Shown here in pieces: positions 35,096 to 47,880 of a stretch of 64,000 nucleotides of DNA. Position 1 is the first letter of the stretch. Each line of letters starts with the position of its first letter. The notes below the pieces were generated by a model. It was not told the DNA's origin. It searched no databases and saw nothing but the letters and a program-made list of their open reading frames with translations. The DNA is from Saccostrea cucullata. Its lineage: Eukaryota. The stretch covers positions 62,001 to 126,000 of the forward strand of contig NW_026923980.1 in the NCBI RefSeq assembly GCF_032062105.1, written 5' to 3'. The position numbers and the translations under genes were made by a program.

Positions 35096-35834
35096 GTGGC
35101 AAGGTGCCACGGCAAATCAAGTGCCGTCAAAGATATTATATGCCCGTCTGTCTGTCCGTTTAATATTACCTGTTTTGGATTTTTCTTTACTGCGAAAAAG
35201 CAAGCGCTGATCCAGGAATTTTTTTTCTATGGGGTCCACCCCAATAAAAAAAAAACAATCTAAAAAATTAAATTAAAAAAAAACCCCGTAAACTCGTCCA
35301 AACGCCCCCCCCCATCTTGTATAGAAAAACGAGGAAAACGAAAATATGCGTTCTATTGAAAAATACCCCACTTAATTATTTTTTTTGAAAGCCTTTCAAG
35401 TTTGATTGATACATTACTTCTGGGAGGTAGGATGGGGCCCTAAAACGATCCCGTAGATCAATTTTTACAAAGAAATACATAGAGAAAATTCTTTTGAAAA
35501 TATTCTAATCCTATGATTAATCCAAGAAATATAGAATATCCTCAGTTAGAATCAAGGTTGTTCAAATCCCTACCCAACCGGGACAGGGAGTAATATTTTG
35601 AAACTTTTCAATTATGAACTAATATCTGCTTTTTCCAGCCAAAGTGCTCAGGTGAGCAACATGGCTCATAGGCCTATTGTTTAGTGTTAATTTATGCATT
35701 CTCACTAAAAGACAATACCGTCAATACAATAGGCATTATCACATGTAGGCAGTGATAGTCAATAGTTGACAGTAATCGCCCACCACTGACAGTTAGCAGC
35801 TGACAGCGTTAAATGAAGTTCGACAGGTACCATC

Positions 35835-35835
35835 G

Positions 35836-35881
<46 letters not shown>

Positions 35882-37030
35882 CATTTTGTCCGGCGTCCGT
35901 CTGTCCGTCTGTCTGTCTGTCTGTCCGTAAATATTTTATATTTGTCTTGGAATTTTCAACCAAACTTGCCACAAAGCATCCTTGGGTAAAGGGGAAGCAA
36001 GGGCCACGCGATAATTATGAATTAGAGAAAAATTAATGGCATTTTTAAAAAATCTTCTTCTCAAGAACCACTGGGCCAGGAAAGATGGAACTCATGTGGA
36101 ATCATCCTCAGGTAGTGTAGATTCAAGTTTGTTCAAAAAAAAAAACAGTTTTACGTAGGAATATATAAAAAATTAAAAATTTAAAAAACCCGAAACTCAT
36201 ATGGAATCATCCTCAGGTAGTGTCGATTCAAGTTTGTTCCCCCCCCCCGGGGCTATCAAGTTTTTGAATATATAGGAAAAATCTTTAAAAATCTTCTTCT
36301 CAAAAATAAGCGTTTTATTGAAAAATACCCCACTTTATTATTTTTTTCTATTGAAAATTTTCAAGTTTATTGAATATATAGGAAAAATCTTTAAAAACTT
36401 TCAAGAACCACTGGGCCAGGAAAGATGAAACTCATGTGGAATCATCCTCAGGTAGTGTAGATCAATTTTTACAAAGAAATACAGTTTTACATAGGAATAT
36501 ATAGGAAAAATCTTTAAAATTCTTTTTTCAAGAAAATCAGGAAAGATGAAACTCATGTGGAATCATCCTATGATTAATCCAAGTTTGTTCAAAATATAGG
36601 GTGGGGCCAATATCCTCAAGTTTTAGTATATATATTTAGGAAAAATCTTTAAAAATCTTCTTCTCAAGAACCACTGGGCCCAACCATGGGATCCTCAGGT
36701 AGTGTAATAGTTTTTGAAACTTTTCAATTATGAATATATAGGAAAAATCTTTAAAAATCTTTTTTCAAGAACCACTGGGCCAAAGTGCTCAGGTAGTGTG
36801 ATTCAAGTTTGCAACATGGCTCATAGGCCAAGTTTTTGTATATATTGAAAAATCTTTAAAAATCTTTTTCTCACTGGGCCAGGAAAGACAAACTCATGTC
36901 AATACAATAGGCATTATCACATGTAGGCAGTGATAGTCAATAGTTGACAGTAATCGAAACCTTTTAAAATCACCACTGATTACGATATTAATATGGAATC
37001 ATCTTAGTAGCTGACAGTTTGTTAAATGAA
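35835..37030 (+). mobile_element. Helentron-associated element with Cg170/HindIII-like satellite units (partly chimeric sequence)
   Basis: ttttagctcacctgagccgaaggctcaagtgagc head, (gtct)n, repeated caagaaccactgggcc..gaaactcatgtggaatcatcctcaggtagtgtagattcaagtttg; family assignment from recall. Confidence 0.7.
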
Positions 37031-37813
37031 GTCCCCCCCCCCCCCCCCCCAGTAAACTTTCAGTTCTGATCTGATATGTGCTTTTTCCTAGCCAATATGC
37101 TCAGGTTTTTCGCTCACCTCAACGAAGTTTGGGGAGCTTATGTGAAACGGTCGGCATTGGAGTCCCAGGGTTTGGTGCTACTTTCTTTAGTACGTCTATG
37201 CCTACATTAATCAGAGATGCGCGAAGGATACTTCTAGTATGTTTCGTCGTACCAGTCAGGGTTCAGATGCTGCATTTTCAGCCAAGGAATGACCAGGTTA
37301 ATGCTTTTAGAGTAGATTAAGAATTTTTGCAGGTTACAGTTATTGGGACAGATCCCATTCTCAAGTAGCTTTAAGTCCTATGTTGACCAAACTTGCATGG
37401 ATACACGATACATCTACCGGCTTGCTTCGGATGCTGAATCTGACCTACATTTCCAGATGAGTGACCAGGTTTAATTTTTGGGAGCAGATTCATTCTAAAG
37501 AACCTATGCGCCTTACATTGACGAAACTTGCAAAGATGATACATCGAAGGATGCACACTCTAGGCTTGCTTCGGATACTGGATCTGTCCTACATTTTCCA
37601 GATGAATAACCAGGTTAAAGAAATTTATACCAAGAAACTATAAGACCTATCATTTTAAAGTACTTTTTGATATATAATTACTATTTTGACCAAACTTTCA
37701 TGGGTGATAATCTAAGAATGCACACTACCAGACTTGCTTCATATGCTGGATTTGACCTACATATTTACAGATGAGTTACCAGGTTCAAGTTTTACAAAGA
37801 AACTATAAAGCCT

Positions 37814-38740
37814 GATGTTTAAGCCCCACGTCCCCGTCGTAGGAGGTGGAAACGGGTAATGCCAGCTAACGGGGCTACGCCTGCAGCATGGGGCCAGTCA
37901 CCCCTTCTGTGGTAAACACTGACTACAGAAACAGAAAAACAGAGAAACGTATCACCTGGTTCTTCAGTGGGTAACATCAGAAACGAAAGCATGACGTCTA
38001 GTCAGGAAAATTATCAGAGAACTAGTAGACTGAGAAGCTTCCTTCTGAGACCAAACAAGAACATCAACATAGCAGCATGGAATGTGCAGACTACGTTTGA
38101 AATTAGCAGAGCAGCACAGATTGCCAAAGAGATGAGGCAATATTGATTGATTGTTTATTGTTTAACGTCCCTCTCGAGAATTTTTCAATCATATGGAGAC
38201 GCCACCACTTGCCGACGGAGAGCTGCAAATTTTGTCCTATACTCGGCACTTAGGGCCATTGAGCAGGGGAATCTTTTTCGTGCCAGCACCTACTGCGACA
38301 CGGGACCTCGATTTATACGGTCTCATCCGAAGGACCGGTCTCCAACTTTGAAACTGAGAGTGTTTGTAAATCGTTGCCTACGGACCATATTTAAGATCAG
38401 ATGGCCAAAAATAGTGTCTAACAATGAACTCAGGGAGATTTCAGGACAGGAAGACATTGTGGTAGAGATTGTAAGAAGAAAGTGGAGATCGGACATGTGC
38501 TCAGAAAAGAACCAGCATAATATCACAAGAGAGAACATTTTCTGGACAGCCGACGGCAAGAGAAAAAGGGACAGGCCAAAAACAACATGGCGAAGAACAT
38601 CAGAGAAAGAGCTGAACGATATAGGGCTGATGTGGAAGGAAGTAGAAAGAAAAGCAAAGGATAGGACTGGTAGGAGGGACTGTGTGGCTGCCTTATGTGC
38701 CACCTGGCACGAAGAGGCCTAACTAACTAACTAACTAACT
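37814..38740 (+). mobile_element. Internally deleted RTE-clade LINE
   Basis: Endonuclease start NIAAWNVQT..AQIAKEMRQY; C-terminus RCLRTIFKIRWP..VAALC; (CTAA)n tail; approximate TSD actataa(a/g)gcct. Confidence 0.8.
38145..38342 (-). mobile_element. tRNA-SINE 3' part
   Basis: Near identical to 63302-63490. Confidence 0.8.
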
Positions 38741-39599
38741 ATAAGGCCTATCTGAACCAAACTTGCAATGATGATGCATCAAGCAATGAACACTGTCAAA
38801 CTCTCCTTAGGTTGATCAAACTTGCAAGGGTGATACATCTAAGGATGCACAATATTGGACTTGCTTCGGATGCTGGATCTAACCTACATTTTCCAGATGA
38901 GTGACCAGGGTAATGCTTTTGGATCAGGTCCATTACCGAGAAATTATTAGGCCTATCTGAACCATACTTGCAAGGATGATGCATCACAGAATGAACACTC
39001 TCATATTTGCTTTGCTGGATTTAAATAATCTTGTCTGGATGAGTGACTAGTTTAAAGTTTTTAGTTTTGTCCTTTCCCAAATAGCTTCATGCCTTGTCAG
39101 ACCAAAAAATGAATATATTGCATCTAGGGATGCACATGATTAGATTATTGTTTAGTGTGAAACTTTGTCTTTGTGAAAGACAACATTCGTTGAGGTGAGT
39201 TCTGTAATCTCTGATTACCTATGTTTTCCCCAGCCGCTTTCTTTCACTGCTATTGTCAGTCGATCTCTCTTGGGTGCCACTGTAAACTGTTACTGAAAAG
39301 TGATAATTATAGAGGAACGCTGAAATAAAGCGGTTTCAGTAGCAACGCGTATAATAATAAGTCTTCGTTGTATATGAACTCCTATTATATTAACACTTCC
39401 ATAACATAATTGTGTTATTGTTCACACTTTGACGTCTTTGTATTTAGACTCGATGGAGTTGGTTTTGTAAAAAAAAATGTTGTTTTAATTAAATTTTAAA
39501 TGATGATCGAGGTATATTAATCAGGATTAACGACAGACCTGTAGCGTAACGGTTTTATACTCCATAACTAATATATGAAACAATAACTCTACAGGTCTG

Positions 39600-39885
39600 C
39601 AGCTAAATCAGGATATCCATTGAATTTTACATTTTCATCACATGAAGGTCTCTCATCTCAAACCAAGAGATTTTCGTCACATTACAATATCTAGGTGTGA
39701 CATTTTGTTCCTCGGGTTCTTTCTCCTTTGCTCAAAAGCAACTTTATCAAAAAGCATTTAAATCATTTTTTTAAACTTAGGAAAAATTTCATTTTTTTGA
39801 ATGCTGACATTTAAACCACCATTCACATTTTTTGACCATACTAGCAAACTTATTTGACTGTCTGCATCTGGAATTTTGGGTTGTT
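39600..39885 (+). mobile_element. Degenerate CR1/L2-group RT fragment
   Basis: YLGVTFCSSGSFSFAQKQLYQKA and IHIFDHT motifs. Confidence 0.55.
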
Positions 39886-40247
39886 TTAACTCATTCCCCC
39901 CCCCCCCCCCCAAACTTAAACTGGTTCCTACCTGCCTGTATATCAAACATAGGTAATCAGATATTACAGAGCTCAACTCAACAAATGTTGTCAAAGTCCC
40001 ACAATTAATTAATATTCTAGAAATTCACATCCCAAAATGCAAAATCTATGCAATTTTGATTTAATAGGGCTTGCAGTTACTAAAGGACCTATCCAAAAAC
40101 TTAAAACTAGTCGCCCATCAAGAAAATGTAATTCAAATCCAACACCTGAAGCAAGTTTGAGAGTATTCATGATCATCCCTTGATGCATCATTTATGCAAA
40201 TTTGGTAATAGATTTATTGGTGTTAAACTTACACCCATAACATACAG

Positions 40248-43200
40248 GATTCGGTTGCACGAACGATAGTTAAATTTTACGTTAACGGCTAGTTAAATTT
40301 AACGGCGAGTTAAATGCGTTGCACGAAAGTTAACTCACAGTTAAACGTTAGTTAAATCTCAATGACATCATTTAATTGAGGTATACAAGGTACATTAAAT
40401 ACTTAACTAATCATTAAAAACAAAAATGGCGGATTTATTTTGTTTGGAAATTTGTATGAGGAACAGAAAAAGCGAAATTACAAAAAGAGTAGATATGGCC
40501 GATCTCTCTGATAATCAAATTCGGTCCAGGTTCCGTTTCAAGCGAGAATCACTCAATTTTATTGCTGATTTACTGAGAGATGATTTGGAGAGAACCACTC
40601 GATAGTTGATTAAATTTCAATAACGCATGTCACTATTAAAAGTTTCTCATAAAATGCTACATTTTTCATATTTTTTAGTTTTAGAAAAAATATCATTTAA
40701 TTCAACAAGCAATGCTTATAAACTTTAGGTAGAATCTTTTTTAATGTACATGTATATTTCTCCAATAATTTCGACCAACCGATTTTATCCATTAAGTCAG
40801 CACTTGATTCGATACTGAAAAATTGAATCTAAACTAGGAAAATAAGGGGAGGGGTATCATTTTTGACAGCTCTGTACCTGTATCATTCATATTTCGTAAA
40901 TTTTGGTACCACCTTTTTGAAGAGCTTAAAATTTCAAATTAAACTTGACAATAACAAAGAAAATTTGGAAATTCAAAGATGTGAGTTGTGTGAGACGTAA
41001 CTAGAAAATTCGTTACTGGTAAAATATGTATATTTCATTTGATATTTAGTCTTTATAATTTAAAAAATAATTAATATCACTGAAAGTCCTAAATATCACC
41101 TTAAAATAGCCTTTTATAAAATACATTTTTGAGTTATTAAAAATCCGAACACCTGTGTGAGAAGTCACCAGACGTCATAAATTAGTGGACTGTAATAAAC
41201 ATTTACTACCTCATACTGCATTGTCTGCAAATCAGCTAATGTAATCTTCTTCCTTTTCTTATGTTTATATATTGATCATTGAAATCTCTGTTTCCTTTTC
41301 CATATCCGACCTAGGTAGTAAACAGTTAAACTGGATTAACTTAATACCAGAAAGCTTTGGAGTAAAATTATGATATACAAGTTTATCTTTTAAAAAGATA
41401 GGTGAGCTAGCGCCGTAGCATTTTTTAAACACAGAAAGGAAGATCCGTGATCAAGTGATTTATTTCGCTGAATTCTTTAATTTTCATCAAGGCTGGAGAG
41501 TGATAAAGTAATTATTGTTCTGTGAGGCGTATTTTATAGACACAAAGGTTAAGAAATAAGGGGGGGGGGGTGACCTATTGGAGTGCTGTTCAATAACATA
41601 TATGACCTTTACTGGAGGGGGGGGGGTGCTCTATATAGAATGAAGAAGATTGCATGTGTGAGCTGATTTAAAGAAGAGAATTTCTTGCAATTAGCAAAGA
41701 AAATACATGGGAGCTGAAAGGAATATAGAAAAAACACAGTGTATGTCGTGTAAAGACAGAGAGTTTTTAACGCAATGTTAGCTTAATTGGTCCTTTTCAT
41801 CTTTGTCAAGATATTTTTGGTTAAAAGCCATACACATCAGAATTTTTTATTTTTTAAACACAAAAGTGGATTTATTCGTTATTTTTAGTGTAAATTCTTG
41901 CTTCTGTTTCTGGAATTTTGTTTCTTGACCAATCAGAAATTGTTTTTTGATTGTTTTGAAATAAAAAAAAGTCAAAATTGTTTAGAACAATCAGATAATG
42001 ATTCAGCTTTTCCGTCAGCAAAAAAACCCAGAATTTGAAATATTATAAATATGAAGTTATCTTTAAAGTGTAAGTTACACAATAAATAAACAGTTATTTC
42101 ATGCTACAACACGATACAACGAAATTGTTATCGTACGGTCTATATTTGTAGTAGTTTTTCACAGTTTTCCCAGAATGCGCGACCATTGCGGCCGAGCATG
42201 TGTATTCAAGGAATTTGGACTAACGTAGTTGCTAGCGCTCGAGAGCGCTAGCAAAAAGCAGAATTGATAAGACTTACCGACAGTTGAGAATAAACCAATA
42301 AATCTAGTCAGTGGCAAACAAAAAAATTCGCAAAATTAATTTTCCCCCAAATAGATCTGTATGTGATTGGCCTCGTAAAAAGTACGTTTACAGCATTAAC
42401 ACGAAAGAATTTTTTCTTGACAAACTGAAAAAGAATTATTTTTAGCCTTCACCATTGCTTTCATTTTACGAGATTATCAAACAACCTTTCACAATACCAA
42501 ATTGCATATAAATCTGTCTTTGTGCATCTGCAGTTCCTTCTTCATTGGTACCATGGGTGGAGGTAGATGTTGCCTCTGGCTCAGTTTCTTTTGACACCAC
42601 TTTAAAGTAAAAATGACAACAGAATATGATTAATGCTAAATACTATAGTATAGTAACAATTATGTCTAAATGCACTGCTGGAAAATATATTCTATATGAA
42701 ATATCAAAAACAAACGTAGATAAGCCTTCCATGTTCCATTTTCCAAACGTTCATTGATTTTATAACAATAAAATTAAAAAAAAATCATACAGGCCCACTA
42801 CCTACCGTTCTACAATCAATCAGAAACAAGGATTTATACCGTGATATACCTGAATTATTTAAAATCATTTATAGGTTACCGTTAAACGGTGTTTTACATA
42901 ACTTCAGGAACTACGATCTGAGCGTGGCGTTTTTTTTTTTACAAGATGGAAATGGAAAATGGGTAGGTTGAAGAGAAAAAAATTAAAACCTTTTGAAAAT
43001 AATACCAGGGAATATCAAGGAAAGACAATAAAATCGTGCAGAGGAAGATGGGATGTTGAAAGTAGGGGAGGGGATTTAAACCTACGTCCACTTGAAGCAT
43101 ATTGCCTATATTATGTATATATTAGGTATATTTGCAAAAAAGTGGGGAGGGGCTAAGCCCCCTCGCCCCCGGTTCAGACGCCCATGTAATGGAGATATTT

Positions 43201-44413
43201 AAATATTATGTCATTATGACAACCCATACTGTGCCCCACTAATGACGTCACTTTATAAATGAGAATGTGATAGGCCTAGATTGAGGGCTGAGTTTACATC
43301 GGACTTGACAAACATTCCTGTGTGATGACTTGGATTTTTTAAAAGTTTTGACGGAGATGTTAACTCTCTTAACGTGAAAAGTTGATTTTATACTCTCTGT
43401 TTAGACGATCATAGAGTTTTCAAAGACTAGGCTATGTACAGGATCGAGACATGTGTAGGCCCCTACTGATGTAGCCTTCGTCATTACATCGAGGCTTAGT
43501 TGCATCAAATGCTGGATTATTTAAAGTAGCTGTTTTCAAGTAAGTCTTACATTTTAAGGAGAAAATTAAGATATAATCAAAACAGCAGAATAGTCATCAT
43601 TTAGGTCTATATTACACGTGTTATGTGAATGGTTGGTGACGTCATCATCCTGAGCAATGTTGTCAGACGATGTAAACAAACATTACAAGTAGACTGGTTT
43701 CATTTGATAAGATTGAAGTATAATTTGGTTTAATGTAATTTTGATTTTAATTTTTTTTTGTTGTCTTTGATAATTGAAAAATACGTACCTGCAAATGCCG
43801 GCACAGATGACTCAAAGCCACCTACAATGCCACTGAAATTGGGAATCTAATATATCTCGATGATCTTCTTTGGCAGTAAGCGGCTTTGGTGGAACCTCCG
43901 GTCAATTTGCTTTTTTTTGATATATTTTAAAACTTTTCTTTGCTCCTTGTTGCAAATTACCCCACTTAAATTTAACTTGCTCTACGGTGCGTTTTTGCAC
44001 ACCGATGGCATTAATCATTATTTTATCATAGCCGTAACCTCTGCCCACATAGCATTTTTTTTTTGAGTTCGTAATCTGGTTACATTGTTTCGCTTTAAGA
44101 GTTTCCTCATTTTTTTCAACAAACTCCGTCAAAACGGTAATTTCTGAGATACTCCACTTAGCACATCTCTCTCGTTTGGCAGCCATATTCCATACAGTTG
44201 TAAGGAAAACGCACGTGCAGACGTATTTAAAATTGCTTGTTAACAATTGTTATGAGTTAAGTCATAGTTAACTATAAACGTTTAATTACGATATATAAGA
44301 CATATAAGCAACCCATTTTTAATGGCTAGTTACGTAACTGACAGTTAAATTTTTAACTAACAATTAAAGGCTTAACTTACAGTTAATTTAACTATCGTTC
44401 GTGCAACCGAATC
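40248..44413. mobile_element. Defective PIF/Harbinger transposon
   Basis: Perfect TIR gattcggttgcacgaacgatagttaaatt; CAG/CTG flanks; transposase N-terminal remnant (+, about 40426-40600, DLSDNQIRSRFRFKRE) and convergent Myb/SANT gene. Confidence 0.85.
43790..44186 (-). pseudogene. Harbinger Myb/SANT-like DNA-binding protein, disrupted
   Basis: [26 protein letters not shown]...[21 protein letters not shown]; apparent frameshifts near poly-T runs. Confidence 0.7.
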
Positions 44414-45744
44414 CTGGTCTATTATCTGGAAAATATATGTTTGGTCCAGAATCAGAAGCAGGCCAATCAGTGTACATCCTTAGATGCTTCATCTATGCAA
44501 GTTTGGTCATCATAGGACTCATATTTACTTAGAAATGAGAACCGCACCAAAAACATTAACGCGTTCACTCATCCGGAAAATGTAGGTCATATCCAGCATC
44601 CGAAGCAAGTCTTTTGATGCATCCATTATCACCCATAAGTTTTTTTTAGTTAATTGGAAATAAGACCTACACAAAAAATGTTAACCTGTTCCTAAAACAA
44701 TCTGGTCATTTCTTTGCTGAAATTGCAGCATCTGAAATCTCATCTGGTACATTGAAACACCTTAGAACCATGTTCCATGCATGTGTAATCAAAAAAGGGC
44801 ATAGAACTACTTATAAAGAAAAAAAGCCGACACCGAAGCCGAGGGTTTTATAAGCTCTCCCCGATTTTATTGAAGTGAGCTAAAAATGAGTATAATATAT
44901 ACTTCTTCTAAATGCACGTTACACAAAAATAGGATCATTCAGCAAGTTTCTTTTTTCTGTTAACATTTTTGGTTATTAAAAATCCCTCGGTAATAGACAT
45001 GGCATCTGTATCTTCCAGCTTACTTGTATGGAAAGCAATAGGGACCTCCATGGTATGTTGTATATATTTCATTGAAAATCAACCCTGGCTGGTCAGGATG
45101 GCAATTATGACCATGTCAAGATTTCAAACATGATTAAGCCATGATTATTATCTTCGTGACCAGGTCAGGATTGATAACATGGCCTAGGACATGTCATTGA
45201 ACATCCCTCGTATGGCTTTCCATAAACTTGAGCAATGCACATGTCAATTTGTGTCGAAATTTAACCAAGTTTACTTTTGAAACTCAAAGTATGATATCAG
45301 AAATTAAACTTATCTTTGAGTCATATAGTCATAAAACTTTAAGAATTGTGAATAATCACTTTATTGATATTTAACACCGGAACAAATATTGCATGAAACG
45401 TTGAAAATCGGTTTGGTTCATATTCAAACATTTATATTAATCAGAAAATAGTAAATGACACATGTGCTCGTGTTAATGCTTTCAATACTTAAGTTGTTAT
45501 ATATATTTCATTTAAATGAAGTGTTTTATAAAATAGAGGAAGTAAAAAGATCTACAGTTTTGCAAGTTCTGAATCAATCGCCCTTTGTAATTTAATGTGT
45601 ACAAGTTGCATAGGTTTCATATATATCTGAAGGTATAGTAGCGATTAACAAGAAAGCACCAAATTTTTTACATATTGAAGACTTAATCACACAGCACAAT
45701 GATGATTAAATCCACCCCCCCCCCCCCAAAAAAAAAAAATTTTG

Positions 45745-46875
45745 TTAACTGGACTCAGTATCATACTGACTTGTACAATTAGTAAATGGAATCAGTTTCT
45801 GACCTGTACAGTCATAAAATGATTTCAGCTGCTTTAAAAATCTGACATCAGAAAATGAATAGATAACTGGGTTAATCACATTATTAACCAGGAATATCCA
45901 CACAAAGGTATAATAAACCACACTGCCGCTAAAGGACATGTTACACTCCGTCTCCGGAAACAAGAAGATGACCAAAGCTAAACAGTGATGCGGGAACGCT
46001 GACACAAGGTAACCAATGGTTACCGATAGAAGCGTAATGGTGGTCCGTCGGAGCCGCTGGTACTTGTGGTTCTTGACGGTTTTATCCGAGTGCTGGTTTC
46101 CAGAACCGTTCAACTTGTCCAAGTCTACTGAGAGAGAGTGCATTGATTCAGAGTGCATGGTAAAGTTAACGTGGTTCTTCACGACTTTCCAAATGAAATG
46201 ATACAGTATCACGAGAGTGGTCAGGATCAAAATGAATAGTGACGTCAAAATGACGTTAAACACTGCGGTAAACGGTGTATTTTTGAATTTATCTTCAATG
46301 TAACACCGGTGTCCAGTCAAATTATTGACCGGTAAAGGCACATTCCTCCCCCCGTACAGAATCGGTGCCGGCCAAGCAAACACTAAACCTGAAAATAATC
46401 CCGCCAAACATATTCGAAATGTCTGCTTTTTGGTCCATTGACGCTTGAAAGGTGTCTTAATTTTTCTGTATCGATCAACCGCAACAATAACCAAGATTAT
46501 CGTTGATGCAATGCTCACATAATACAAGAAGAACCGGTATACCTTGCAAAAGAAGTCGTTAAAGAACTCGAGAGGAAAACTGAGGTAGACGATCGTCAGA
46601 GGCATACTAATAGTGGAGTTTGTCATGTCCAGGGCCCCCAGAAATAAGATGTAAGTTCTATAGGACGACCTCTTGTATCGAAGCAGATACACCATCAGAA
46701 CGTGAAAGTTTCCAATAACTCCAACTATACAAAGCACCGTGACAAAGATGATGCCACCGAAATTCCGGGCTCTGAATCGGGTGTTGACGTCATCTAACGT
46801 GGCATTGCTCGGAAGATCCTCCTCCTCCAACCAAGCGTAACAGTGCTCCTGTTGGAGAGAGCTATTGTCCGCCAT
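45745..46875 (-). CDS. Intronless class A (rhodopsin-like) GPCR, peptide/orphan receptor-like, 376 aa
   Basis: Seven hydrophobic segments, GN in TM1, DRY after TM3, NPVIY in TM7, N-terminal N-glycosylation sequons. Confidence 0.92.
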   Translation of the reverse strand: MADNSSLQQEHCYAWLEEEDLPSNATLDDVNTRFRARNFGGIIFVTVLCIVGVIGNFHVLMVYLLRYKRSSYRTYILFLGALDMTNSTISMPLTIVYLSFPLEFFNDFFCKVYRFFLYYVSIASTIILVIVAVDRYRKIKTPFKRQWTKKQTFRICLAGLFSGLVFAWPAPILYGGRNVPLPVNNLTGHRCYIEDKFKNTPFTAVFNVILTSLFILILTTLVILYHFIWKVVKNHVNFTMHSESMHSLSVDLDKLNGSGNQHSDKTVKNHKYQRLRRTTITLLSVTIGYLVSAFPHHCLALVIFLFPETECNMSFSGSVVYYTFVWIFLVNNVINPVIYSFSDVRFLKQLKSFYDCTGQKLIPFTNCTSQYDTESS

Positions 46876-47194
46876 TTTGTCGGTGCCCCAGGAATTGAAT
46901 CCCCTTATAGATTTTCACTATATGTTCACAAAGAATATTATAAAACACTTTTCCCAAGACAGAGAGTCATATCTGATGTAAATTGATATTCTATCAACGT
47001 TAGGATACCGGAATTTCCGTTCAAATACAACACACAGTGGGAGATACTTCCGCTGGAATTTCTTGTAAACAGGTGTTGATTAAATCGCTTTTTATTTCGT
47101 CAGCGCGCGTGCACTTGTTAAGAGGAAGTTAGGGTTTCCGCGTGCTCGGTTGAGACTCTCCAAATAATACAATTATGTCATTTATATGTACTTT

Positions 47195-47880
47195 ACTGAA
47201 GAAGGATATGGAAATAACGAACAGAACTCTCTCAAACAAACATACAAAATATCCGAAACATCATGGATATATGTACTGTTATCAGGAAATAACGGAAAAA
47301 AAATAACTCTCTATACACAGCATTTATTCAATGATAAAAAAACATACATGAATAATTTTTCAATTTAATAAATTTAATTTACCTCGTTTTTTTTTTACTT
47401 CTTGCATGAGATATAAAATATGCAGGTGATGAAGGTATATTGCTGCATAAGTAAGGGAATTTCGATAGAAAAGTTAAAGTCATCACGTTTATCATATAAG
47501 ATTACCATTTGTGTCTTTTTCAAGTAAAATATCCAAGTATGAAGCAGAAGTGTCGGCCCTGTGGTATCTTTTATTAAACAGGATATATCGTGTGATGGAA
47601 ATTATCATTATTAATTAATTTTTAAAATTGTCGAGTTGAAGGCCACAGCAAGTGTTTTTTTCTTTTCACGTAAAAGATTTTGTAAATTCTGCTTCATATG
47701 AATATAAAAATTTTATTTGTACCCATGGGAATTCCAATAGATTGTTGGAATACCTGGTCTCCAAAAACCACATAGATATTGTTATCAAGTGATGTGTTAT
47801 GTGTGCAATCAGAATCTGTTTTAACAAAATAATTTTTCAAATGACCAATGACGAGGTAAGTATAAATGCAATGATTCAAA
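47195..47880 (-). mobile_element. Penelope-like RT remnant with internal deletions
   Basis: DNNIYVVFGDQVFQQSIGIPMGTN; tcaagtaaaatatccaagtatgaa shared with 14134; same terminus. Confidence 0.75.

Larger units (their letters stand above)
37106..39226 (+). mobile_element. HINE-like element with internal tandem repeats, interrupted by an RTE
   Basis: Head gctcacctcaacgaa is inverted to tail ttcgttgaggtgag, followed by hairpin gtaatctctgattac; units gcttgcttcggatgctggatc..acatttccagatgagtgaccagg. Confidence 0.7.
39945..44886 (-). mobile_element. HINE-like element (same family as 37106-39226, inverted) split by a Harbinger insertion
   Basis: aaacataggtaatcagatattacagagctca tail, tgaagtgagctaaaaa head, shared internal units at 40080-40210 and 44420-44760. 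Confidence 0.65.

Noticed and set aside
38147-38722. 191-aa gene
   Set aside because: Chance fusion of an antisense SINE with the RTE C-terminus.
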